This document shows positions 31,048-39,861 of a stretch of 64,000 nt of DNA, piece after piece. Source of the stretch: Bdellovibrionota bacterium (GTDB lineage Bacteria > Bdellovibrionota_C > UBA2361 > JBIKUX01); NCBI GenBank assembly GCA_044347345.1, contig JBIKUX010000013.1, positions 1-64,000 on the forward strand, written 5' to 3'. Each line of letters opens with the position of its first letter. Position 1 is the stretch's first letter. The position numbers and the translations under genes were made by a program. The notes beneath the pieces were generated by a model. The model was not told where the DNA came from and ran no database searches. It saw only the letters and a program-made list of their open reading frames with translations.

Positions 31048-31887
31048 CTATTTAATGGCAGCGATCATAGCGACCCAAACTGGATCGTTACTTCCTTTTT
31101 CTGATACTGAGTAATTACCAGTTCCGTTACCTTCGTCATCCTCCTCTTCCCAAAAAAATAGAACATCACTAAAGCCAGCATCTATAATAGATTCTCTAAT
31201 CTCTGGTAGAGCCCATATACGAAATTGGTACTTATAAACATGATTAAGACAAGAACCATCTGGAAACTTAAAGTGTATAGAGCAATCCATAGTCTGAGAT
31301 ATTGGATTTATGTTACTCTGTTCAAAGATATAGCTAAACCCTTTGCGTCGTCTACGCTCTATACCGGTTTTAAAAGCTTCATGACCACCAAATGCATCTA
31401 AAAATAAAATACCATCATTTGTTAGTGACTTAAGTGCAGATTTAAAGTAATTGACAAGATTCGTGCGAGTTAGAAATAGCCAATAGCTAAAATTACCAGC
31501 ATAGATTAAATCTACCGTAGGCTCTGATACATTTACTACATTTTCCTCTATTAACATAAGTCGAGCACGTTGACACGGTGAGAGAAGAGTCTCAGCCTGA
31601 CTTTTACACCATTTAAGTGGTTTCGGATCAATATCTACTCCAATAGCTCGGTAAAGATCTCCTTGTTTAATCCACTCGCGACACAGATAAGCTGTCGAGC
31701 AAAAATCTTCTCGCAGTAAGAATGGATTGCGCCCTCGAATATCAGAGAATTTTGTTTGAAGAAATTCGCACTCAAATTGAGGATCCTGTTCAGATGCTTC
31801 ATATAGCTCAAATGGATCTGCTTGAGCCGCCATAGAGAGGACTTTTTCTTCAGCTTTTAATATAGCATTACGGGAGTGTGATTTCAT
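31048..31887 (-). CDS. Class I SAM-dependent methyltransferase
   Basis: LYE.S.Q.P, LREDFCSTA, GVDID, NFSYW, LDAFGG. Confidence 0.85.
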   Translation of the reverse strand: MKSHSRNAILKAEEKVLSMAAQADPFELYEASEQDPQFECEFLQTKFSDIRGRNPFLLREDFCSTAYLCREWIKQGDLYRAIGVDIDPKPLKWCKSQAETLLSPCQRARLMLIEENVVNVSEPTVDLIYAGNFSYWLFLTRTNLVNYFKSALKSLTNDGILFLDAFGGHEAFKTGIERRRRKGFSYIFEQSNINPISQTMDCSIHFKFPDGSCLNHVYKYQFRIWALPEIRESIIDAGFSDVLFFWEEEDDEGNGTGNYSVSEKGSNDPVWVAMIAAIK

Positions 31888-31896
31888 AAAATTGCA

Positions 31897-32721
31897 TTAA
31901 TCTGATATTTGATTACTAATACCATCGCCAACTTTACCGATATTGCGATCACGAGCGGCCAAAGCGCGAACGGGTAAAACTTTTTGTAAATATTGTACTA
32001 AAGTTTTAGAAAGAGCACTGTAGCCTCTAGGTGATGGATGAAGTTGGTCGGGAAGGAGTAACCGTTTACTAACTTTATCAAAGCGTAAGTCCGCCGGTGC
32101 AGTTAAAGAGTCGCTACCCACTAGTAAGTCATTTAGAGATTTTACCCATGGGCCTTGAGAACCTCTATTTGGGAGCATTAAAATCGCCTTTATGACAAGT
32201 GGCTCGTACGAATTAGAAAATTCACTAGCAAGCGACTTAATTACTTTAACTGTCCTATTTATGTAGCCTAAGGTAACGCGCGGTTCTTCAAAATTCCAAC
32301 GATCATTTCTACCTAAGTCTAGTATCACATAGTCAGAATCTGTGATTGCCTTTACAAGTGGTTCTTGAATCATGCCAGTCATGGCTAATTGATTGCGAGC
32401 TTTGTTGCCCTTAGTTAATAACTTTCGGTATAAATTTTTGGCTTGCATACCAGCATAGCCAAAATTATTGAATTTTATCTGGGATAAGCGTTGAGAAGCA
32501 CGAGCTACATAACCTGCTGGCAATGCTTGATCGTCACCTATACCATAAACAAAGCTGTCTCCAATAATGGATATCACCACTTTACCATCACAATTGAAAT
32601 CTACTACTCCCATAATAGAGGGACAAAAAAGTTCATTTTCTGGTATTGACTGCTCAGTGCTACAATAGGCTTTCTCAGAAAACGCGATACATAAAGAAAT
32701 AAAAACAATAAATAAGCGCAT
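31897..32721 (-). CDS. SGNH/GDSL hydrolase, secreted
   Basis: Signal peptide, IIGDSF..G, LGRND, D.LHPSPRGY. Confidence 0.88.
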   Translation of the reverse strand: MRLFIVFISLCIAFSEKAYCSTEQSIPENELFCPSIMGVVDFNCDGKVVISIIGDSFVYGIGDDQALPAGYVARASQRLSQIKFNNFGYAGMQAKNLYRKLLTKGNKARNQLAMTGMIQEPLVKAITDSDYVILDLGRNDRWNFEEPRVTLGYINRTVKVIKSLASEFSNSYEPLVIKAILMLPNRGSQGPWVKSLNDLLVGSDSLTAPADLRFDKVSKRLLLPDQLHPSPRGYSALSKTLVQYLQKVLPVRALAARDRNIGKVGDGISNQISD

Positions 32722-32778
32722 ATCTCAAATGAAAAAACTTATAAGTCTTCCGCAGATTACATGGAAGTAAAAAATTAA

Positions 32779-33225
32779 TCACGCGTAATTCAGCAGATCT
32801 TGTAAGACTTTTTGAGCACCTACATCAGCATTACACGCAATAAAAATAGTATCATCTCCTGCAATTACTCCAAGTATTCCCGAAATATTTGTACGATCGA
32901 TAGCAGCAGCAACAACGCTTGCATGGCCAGGGGGTGTATGTAAGACAACAAGTTGGCCCGAAGCTACTTTGCGAACAATAAACTCTTTTAGGACGCGCGA
33001 TAAAGACATCCCAAAAGAAGAATTTTCATGAGCAAGCTCATACAATGTTCGTCCGGCTCTTGTTCTACGCACAGCACCAATTTCTGCTAAGTCTCGTGAC
33101 ACTGTAGCCTGCGTTGCCTCAATATTATGTTGTTCAAGGGCAGACACTGCATCACTCTGAGAACTGATAAATCCCTGTTGAACTAGGTTTGATAAAATCG
33201 CTAAACGGACATGCTTTGTAGACAT
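32779..33225 (-). CDS. argR: Arginine repressor
   Basis: ATQATVSRDL, TPPGHA, GVIAGDDTIF. Confidence 0.96.
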   Translation of the reverse strand: MSTKHVRLAILSNLVQQGFISSQSDAVSALEQHNIEATQATVSRDLAEIGAVRRTRAGRTLYELAHENSSFGMSLSRVLKEFIVRKVASGQLVVLHTPPGHASVVAAAIDRTNISGILGVIAGDDTIFIACNADVGAQKVLQDLLNYA

Positions 33226-33248
33226 TATCGTATTAAAATTTTTGTTAT

Positions 33249-34214
33249 TTATTGCTCCGCACCTAAACGGACAAAATTCTCGTAATCAAGAAGCATGAGG
33301 AAAATAGCAGCAGTAGTAGGTAGACGATTATGTGCCTGGTTTATGATACGACTGCGATTAGAGTCAAAAACTCCTCGTGTGATCTCAAGTCCAAAATGAG
33401 CTGGTAAACAATGAAGTACGATGGTATCTCGATGAGCTGAAGATATAAGTGTTTCATTGAGTTGATAAGGAGCAAAGATATCATTTCTTAGATCATTTTC
33501 AGCTTCATCTCCCATAGATACCCATACATCTGTATAAATAACATCTGTATGAGCTAAAAATTGGCTTGGGTCATGAGCTATAGTTATGCTACCGCGTCTC
33601 TTTAACGCAATAGTTTTTGCTTCTTCAATTACATCTGAATGTGGAGTGTATCCAGCTGGTGATGCCACAGCAACATGTAAGCCTGCCATAGCACCTGCTA
33701 ACAAAAGAGAGTGAGCAACATTGTTGCCATCTCCAAGATAAGTGAGATGAAGACCTTCTAAACGCCCGTTAAAACTCTCACTTATTGTTAACAAGTCTGC
33801 TAACGCCTGAAGGGGATGGAAACTATCACATAAGCCGTTAACAATCGGTAACGCACTGGGTTCGGCTAGCGATGTGAGGAGGGAATGTTTGTGTACTCTA
33901 GCTAAAAGAAGAGATAAGTAGCCTGATAAAACTCTTGCAGCATCACCAGGTTCTTCCCCTCTATGAAAGTGCAGCTCATCACTCCTTAAAGTTACAGGGA
34001 AAGCCCCAAGAAGAGACGCTGCTGTTTCAGATGATACCCGTGTACGAAGAGATGGTTTTTCAAATAATAGACCTATTGAACTACCCGTTAAAAATCTTCT
34101 CTTATCTGAAGGAAGCCGTTTAAGAGCCTTGGCTACAGTTAGAACGGCCGCTTGTTCACTTATTGAAATGTCAGTATCTTTTAGGAAGTGGCGAACTCGT
34201 ACTTGTGGTCTCAT
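33249..34214 (-). CDS. argF: Ornithine carbamoyltransferase
   Basis: FEKPSLRTR, HPLQALAD, YTDVWVSMG, HCLPAH. Confidence 0.95.
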   Translation of the reverse strand: MRPQVRVRHFLKDTDISISEQAAVLTVAKALKRLPSDKRRFLTGSSIGLLFEKPSLRTRVSSETAASLLGAFPVTLRSDELHFHRGEEPGDAARVLSGYLSLLLARVHKHSLLTSLAEPSALPIVNGLCDSFHPLQALADLLTISESFNGRLEGLHLTYLGDGNNVAHSLLLAGAMAGLHVAVASPAGYTPHSDVIEEAKTIALKRRGSITIAHDPSQFLAHTDVIYTDVWVSMGDEAENDLRNDIFAPYQLNETLISSAHRDTIVLHCLPAHFGLEITRGVFDSNRSRIINQAHNRLPTTAAIFLMLLDYENFVRLGAEQ

Positions 34215-34241
34215 AAAATCTCCCCCTCCAAAAAAAACTTA

Positions 34242-35426
34242 CTACTCTACCACTTCCTTTGACAAAATCGCGTAAAGCACTCGAATTGCAGCGTCAATAT
34301 CAGCTAAGGTTATGACAAGAGGAGGCACAAAGCGCAGGGTGTCATCATTCACCGCATTTACTATCACTCCTTTTTGTAGAGCCTCATTAGCAACTTTTTT
34401 AGCAATAGGGGCTTTAAGAACTGCTGCTTGCATCAGCCCTATTCCTCGCACTATCTTTACTTTGGGAAGCCTAGTAAGTTGCTCTGCTAAATACGCTCCA
34501 GTAATTGTAGCCTTAGTTAATAAATCATTATCGGCAATATAACGAAGATTAGCTAATGCTGCTGCACAAACAAGTGGGCCACCACCAAAGGTAGAACCGT
34601 GCGTTCCAGGCCCTAGAGCTTCAGCAATATCAGAACGGGCAATACATGCGCCTATTGGAAGTCCGTTAGCTAATCCCTTTGCACTTGTAAAAATATCTGG
34701 CACTACACCATATTGCTCAAATCCCCACCATGTTCCCGTTCGTCCCACTCCACATTGTATTTCATCTAAAATGAGTAGCGCACCATGCACCTTGCAAAGT
34801 TCAGACACACCACATATAAAGTCGTGGTTAGCCGGTATAACACCTCCTTCTCCCTGAATTACTTCAAGGATTACTGCACATGTTTTTGAAGAAATTACTT
34901 TTTCAAAGCTGCGTAAGTTATTAAACTCGGCGTGAATAAATCCACCAGGCAAAGGAGCGAATCCCTCCCATTTACTTGGCTGACCGGTAGCAGCTAGTGC
35001 CCCGTATGTACGCCCATGAAATCCTTTTAAGGCCGCTACAACTGTTGTTCGGTCTTGACCTCCCCACCGTCTCGAAAGTTTCAACGCGCACTCAATAGCC
35101 TCAGCACCTGAATTACAAAAAAAAATCTTACTGGGCCAGGGAGCTAAGTCATCCAACTTACTCGCTAGCGACATCATGGGTTCATTCCAAAAAAAATTGC
35201 TAACATGCACTAATGTATGAGCATGAGCTGCTATAGCACGAGCTACATCTTCATTAGCATGTCCTGATGATACAACAGCGACTCCTGCAAGAAGGTCTAT
35301 GTATTCTTTACCGGATGTGTCCCAAAGTTTAGCGCCTTGCCCTCTAACAAAAGTTACAGGATATCTACCATAGGTGTTCATTACTGGTGACGAATCACCT
35401 AATTTGTGAGCTAAAGCATTTTCCAT
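34242..35426 (-). CDS. argD: Acetylornithine aminotransferase
   Basis: MNTYGR, CNSGAEAIE, FHGRT, EVIQGEGG, DEIQCG, SAKGLANG. Confidence 0.95.
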   Translation of the reverse strand: MENALAHKLGDSSPVMNTYGRYPVTFVRGQGAKLWDTSGKEYIDLLAGVAVVSSGHANEDVARAIAAHAHTLVHVSNFFWNEPMMSLASKLDDLAPWPSKIFFCNSGAEAIECALKLSRRWGGQDRTTVVAALKGFHGRTYGALAATGQPSKWEGFAPLPGGFIHAEFNNLRSFEKVISSKTCAVILEVIQGEGGVIPANHDFICGVSELCKVHGALLILDEIQCGVGRTGTWWGFEQYGVVPDIFTSAKGLANGLPIGACIARSDIAEALGPGTHGSTFGGGPLVCAAALANLRYIADNDLLTKATITGAYLAEQLTRLPKVKIVRGIGLMQAAVLKAPIAKKVANEALQKGVIVNAVNDDTLRFVPPLVITLADIDAAIRVLYAILSKEVVE

Positions 35427-35559
35427 GGTATGTTGTTTCCTGAAATAATCTGGGTATTACATTAAGCTCGGATCAAAAACCTCCAACTATTATTAAAAGA
35501 CTCCCTCCATCGACTGAACTTTTTTATGGGAGAGAACTCTTTTATGGAAAGATCCATTT

Positions 35560-36438
35560 TTATGGAAATATCATAGTGCCAATGCCACGAGCCGTAAAAA
35601 ATTCAAGTAAAACAGCATGTTTACGTCTGCCATCTAAAACATGAGCAGAAGCTACTCCGCGACTAAGAGCAGTCATGATAGCGTCTATTTTTGGTATCAT
35701 ACCAGCTTGAAAACTCCCTTTTTTCTTTAGTTCTTTAAGTGTAGCTGCATCTACTTCTGATATTAACTGTGAGCGCTCCTTAAAATCTTCGTAGACTCCT
35801 TCTGTATTAGTCAGAATTACCAATTTCTCAGCTTTAAGGCTTGCAGCTAGCTCTCCAGCAGCCAAATCAGCATTGATGTTGTAGCATTGTCCTTTCCCAT
35901 CAGAGCCTAATGAGCTAATAACAGGGATGTATCCTGCGTCTAAAAGACGTACCACAGGGTCACATTCAACATGATGAATATTACCGACGAAGCCAAGTTT
36001 TTCGTCTGACATTTCAGCGAAAAAAATATTACCACTCACTCCAGAAAATCCTATTCCTAAAGATCCGAAGGAATTTATTCGGGCAAGTAATTCTTGATTC
36101 ACTTTACCCAGAAGAACCAAAGATGCTATTTCTAAAGTTTGCTTATCTGTAACTCGCTGCCCATCTACAAATTGAGGGTTATGGCCAAGAGCTTCCATGT
36201 AATGGGTTATTTGCGGACCACCTCCGTGAACTACTACTACTCTTATTCCAACGGAATTAAGCAAAAAGATATCTTGAGCAAACGCGTCGGTGGCATCACT
36301 ATTAAGAAGAAGCTCTCCTCCTACCTTTATTACTATTCTTTTGCCTGCAAACCGACGTAAATATGGAATTGCCTCAATCAACACCAAAGCTTTTTCTTCC
36401 ACCTCGGCGAGTAAGCGGGTATCATCGTACCTAATCAT
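35560..36438 (-). CDS. argB: Acetylglutamate kinase
   Basis: IVIKVGG, VHGGGPQI, NINAD, GMIPK. Confidence 0.96.
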   Translation of the reverse strand: MIRYDDTRLLAEVEEKALVLIEAIPYLRRFAGKRIVIKVGGELLLNSDATDAFAQDIFLLNSVGIRVVVVHGGGPQITHYMEALGHNPQFVDGQRVTDKQTLEIASLVLLGKVNQELLARINSFGSLGIGFSGVSGNIFFAEMSDEKLGFVGNIHHVECDPVVRLLDAGYIPVISSLGSDGKGQCYNINADLAAGELAASLKAEKLVILTNTEGVYEDFKERSQLISEVDAATLKELKKKGSFQAGMIPKIDAIMTALSRGVASAHVLDGRRKHAVLLEFFTARGIGTMIFP

Positions 36439-37673
36439 GATTTCTCCATATTAATCTTTAAATACTCGTGGGTGAGATCACATCCAAAAGCCTCGCCTTC
36501 ACAGTCTCCATCTTCGAGTGCAACACTTATATGTATGGTGTTTCCCTTCATATACTTAGCAACACCTTCTTTATCATGATTATACGAAAAACCATCCTTA
36601 CAGACTAAATAGTTGCCAAAAGAGATTGATATCTTGTCTGGATTAACGGGAATCCCTGCCGCACCAACTTCAGCAATTACTCGACCCCAGTAAGCACATT
36701 CACCCGCAATAGCGCATTTTACTAATACAGACCCCGCCACTTTTCGGGCAATTTGTATTGCATCTTGTTTCGTGCGAGCACCATTGACGCGACAGATAAG
36801 TAATTTGTTAGCGCCCTCTGCATCTCGTGCCATGTAAATAGCGAGCGTACGGCAGACTTCATGAAAAGCATCTGAGATAGCCTTAATAGCAGTTGCTTCC
36901 TTTTTAGTATCAGAAATTCGTTTATTTCCCGCGGCTCCATTAGCAAGAAGAAACACCGAATCATTAGTTGACTGACAACCATCGATTGAAAGAGCATGAA
37001 AAGAATCCGAAACGTTTGCTCGTAAAATTTTATCTGCTATCTCGGATGACATTGCTGCATCGGTAAAGAGCGAGATTATTACTGTTGCCATGCCCGGATG
37101 AGCCATTGCAACCCCTTTAGCAATTCCTAAAATTTTAACATTCGTGCCCATTATCTCACATGTGGCACTACACCACTTAGGATGAGTATCGGTTGTCATC
37201 ATACCCCTAGCCGCTAGTGACCAATGGAGAGGAGTTCCACCAAGATCCTCAATATTAGTTCTAATATTTGGGATTATTTTATCATTTGTAATTGGTATAC
37301 CAATCAGACCCGTTTGACCAATGAGTATAGCCTCAGGCTCGCAATCAATAGAATTTGCTACAGTAGTACAAAGTTCCCTTGCCACTGTTATTCCACGAGG
37401 CCCTGTTGCCGCATTAGCATTTCCCGATGTTACGATGACCGCTCGAATTTTATCCGAGTGTGACTGAAGATGCTTACGACTCAAACATACTGGAGCGGCT
37501 GAAACATAATTAGTAGTAAAAACTCCAGCACCTTCTGCCGCTTGTTTTGATACAACTATACTTACGTCTGGCCGACCTGAAGCTTTGATACCAGCTGAAA
37601 AACCTGTTGCTAAGTATCCCTTCGGAAGCATCTCAGGCGTTAACGGTGGAGGAGGCCAAGGTAATAATTCCAT
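36435..37673 (-). CDS. argJ: Ornithine acetyltransferase
   Basis: SGNANAATG, MTTDT, KG.AM.HPGMAT, D...STND, DAEGA, GCDLT. Confidence 0.95.
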   Translation of the reverse strand: MELLPWPPPPLTPEMLPKGYLATGFSAGIKASGRPDVSIVVSKQAAEGAGVFTTNYVSAAPVCLSRKHLQSHSDKIRAVIVTSGNANAATGPRGITVARELCTTVANSIDCEPEAILIGQTGLIGIPITNDKIIPNIRTNIEDLGGTPLHWSLAARGMMTTDTHPKWCSATCEIMGTNVKILGIAKGVAMAHPGMATVIISLFTDAAMSSEIADKILRANVSDSFHALSIDGCQSTNDSVFLLANGAAGNKRISDTKKEATAIKAISDAFHEVCRTLAIYMARDAEGANKLLICRVNGARTKQDAIQIARKVAGSVLVKCAIAGECAYWGRVIAEVGAAGIPVNPDKISISFGNYLVCKDGFSYNHDKEGVAKYMKGNTIHISVALEDGDCEGEAFGCDLTHEYLKINMEKS

Positions 37674-37720
37674 ATTTCGCTTACTTTAAGATATGTTAGT
37701 ATCACTAACTACTAACAAGG

Positions 37721-37758
37721 AAAGTATAAATATACATATATTCGTATTATTATGCAAA
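37721..37758 (-). promoter_or_regulatory. Tandem ARG boxes (ArgR operator)
   Basis: Two 18-bp imperfect palindromes (minus strand tttgcataataatacgaa and tatgtatatttatacttt) 2 bp apart, about 50 bp upstream of argJ. Confidence 0.75.
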
Positions 37759-37804
37759 ATAATTGTTACATTATTCTTGATAATTAGGATCTAAAAATTA
37801 TTCG

Positions 37805-38929
37805 CTAAAATTCTTCAAAAGTACCGAGATCTTTTTTTGGATTAGCACTAGGAGAATTAGAGTTGCCGGTCAAATCAGAAATTTTAATTCGCCAATCTTT
37901 AATAGATTCTAAGCACTGAGGCGTATATCGTCCGTACTCAGCACAAGCAATGCCTGGAAACTTTGGAATAACTTTACGACCACTAGATAAAACTCTTTGA
38001 CACTCTTCACTGATATAACGACTACGAACGAATGGAGCATTTGGTAAAAGAATCGCCTTTATCGTAGTGCTATCTTCTTCCGTCACAGATGGAGAATTTG
38101 CTACACCTAGCCTAATGCCATTTTCAGTTCGATCATTTTCTTTAAAAGTCATCGGATTCAAAACTTTTGACTCAGGAACCAAGCTTGAGGCTGACATTGT
38201 AGGAGGAGATTCGATATCAAACTCTTCTTCACTACATTCAAGAACAATTAATCGATTAAGTATTCTTACTGCATTACGGTGATTCATTAAAAATGTTTCG
38301 TACTTTTCCTGATCCTCTTTAGATGGGGGATTCAAGAGATACGAGCTTTTTTCAAATTGCCGGAAATCTCCCTTTAATTGACTTTTCACAACAGATATTT
38401 TTTTACCTCTCGTCTCAGGATCGGCAAAACTAGGCTGACGCAAGACTCCAGTACGCTGCACAATTGTAATTACGGCATTTCGACATGATGGGGAGATAAA
38501 ACCGTCTCTGGCACACACACCGGCCGAGTTGCTTGGATGAAGCCTTAAAAGTTCATTTCGCGCTTGGATACATTCGTCAGTAACTTTGTTAGGATTATAG
38601 GACAGAGATACATGGAGATTAGTAAAGCACTCGTGGTACACCTTACGTTCATGATTGTAAAGAATCGCAGAATAATTAGAAGGTGACGGATCGCTGCGAT
38701 ATTTACTCTCCGACTGCTTAATCGCAAGAGTTAAGAGTTCTCTCAGAGAAGCCCTTCGGTCCTGAGTAACATGATTTTTTCCATCTACATTTGAATCTTT
38801 AATGTTGTTGGGGCTGACGGTAGAACTAGGTTGCGAGTAAGCCTGACTTAAACTCAGAAATATCAGGATTAAGAGCGTAAAACATATAAGAGACAAATAT
38901 GAAAAATATCTTTGAGAACGGAATGTCAT
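37805..38929 (-). CDS. Hypothetical secreted Cys-containing protein
   Basis: Signal peptide from MTFRSQ...SQAYSQ; internally repeated C.....(l)..P....CA.dG...P.C motif. Confidence 0.65.
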   Translation of the reverse strand: MTFRSQRYFSYLSLICFTLLILIFLSLSQAYSQPSSTVSPNNIKDSNVDGKNHVTQDRRASLRELLTLAIKQSESKYRSDPSPSNYSAILYNHERKVYHECFTNLHVSLSYNPNKVTDECIQARNELLRLHPSNSAGVCARDGFISPSCRNAVITIVQRTGVLRQPSFADPETRGKKISVVKSQLKGDFRQFEKSSYLLNPPSKEDQEKYETFLMNHRNAVRILNRLIVLECSEEEFDIESPPTMSASSLVPESKVLNPMTFKENDRTENGIRLGVANSPSVTEEDSTTIKAILLPNAPFVRSRYISEECQRVLSSGRKVIPKFPGIACAEYGRYTPQCLESIKDWRIKISDLTGNSNSPSANPKKDLGTFEEF

Positions 38930-38930
38930 T

Positions 38931-39809
38931 ATGAGAATCCTCCTCACACTGATAAGTAGAATCGTTGGTTGGGCATCACGTCTTGAATCACCTGCGTTTG
39001 CCGCTAAATTTGCCCTAAAATGTTTCATTTATTCAATTAAACCTAATGTAAAGGAGGCAGCTAAACCGCTTAACCAATATTCGTGCATTCATGACTTTTT
39101 TACTCGCTCTATTCGTCCTGAACTTCGTCCAATAGCTTCTTGCTCTTTTGTGTCCCCAATAGATGGAACGCTTTTGGCAGTAACCCCTGTAAACATTGAG
39201 ACAACCCTGGAAATTAAGGGTCTTGATTATTCAGTCTTTGATCTACTTAGTCCGCTATTTTCAGAAGTAACACAATCAAACTTACAAGGTTACTCTGCCT
39301 GGCATTTCTATCTCTCCCCAAAAGATTACCACCGAGTGCACTCTCCATGCGAGGGAGTTATTGAAGCTGTCGGCTACATTCCAGGCACTTTGTGGCCCGT
39401 CACTAGTTGGGCCCTACGTCTTATACCAAAACTTTATACTAAAAATGAAAGGGTAGTAATACAAATCACTAGGCCTTCAGGAGCCAAAATTTTTGTCATA
39501 TTGGTTGGAGCTTTAAATGTTGGCAACATTACTCTAGCGATTGAACCTAAACTAGAAACTAATCCACGGATACTAGTTAATAATAGTTCAATACTAAATA
39601 AAAATCTTCAATGGATGCCACAAGCAAAAAAGTTCTCATACATGCCAGCTCGAAAGGTTGTTAAGGGCGATGAGGTCGGAATATTTCATCTTGGGTCAAC
39701 AGTTATACTTCTCTCCCCAGACAATGAATTTAAACCATCAGCATCCTTGGTTACAACAACCGAACTATTAAAAAAGCCAATCCAGTTTGGCCAATCTTTA
39801 CTTACATAA
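38931..39809 (+). CDS. psd: Phosphatidylserine decarboxylase proenzyme
   Basis: FFTR.I.PE.RPI, SPIDG, YLSPKDYHRVHSP, KNER, VGALNVG.I and the FHLGSTV cleavage motif. Confidence 0.95.
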   Translation: MRILLTLISRIVGWASRLESPAFAAKFALKCFIYSIKPNVKEAAKPLNQYSCIHDFFTRSIRPELRPIASCSFVSPIDGTLLAVTPVNIETTLEIKGLDYSVFDLLSPLFSEVTQSNLQGYSAWHFYLSPKDYHRVHSPCEGVIEAVGYIPGTLWPVTSWALRLIPKLYTKNERVVIQITRPSGAKIFVILVGALNVGNITLAIEPKLETNPRILVNNSSILNKNLQWMPQAKKFSYMPARKVVKGDEVGIFHLGSTVILLSPDNEFKPSASLVTTTELLKKPIQFGQSLLT

Positions 39810-39861
39810 GCAAAAAATAAGTACAATTCATTAAGTGATGATGAAGCAGGGTAAAATATTT

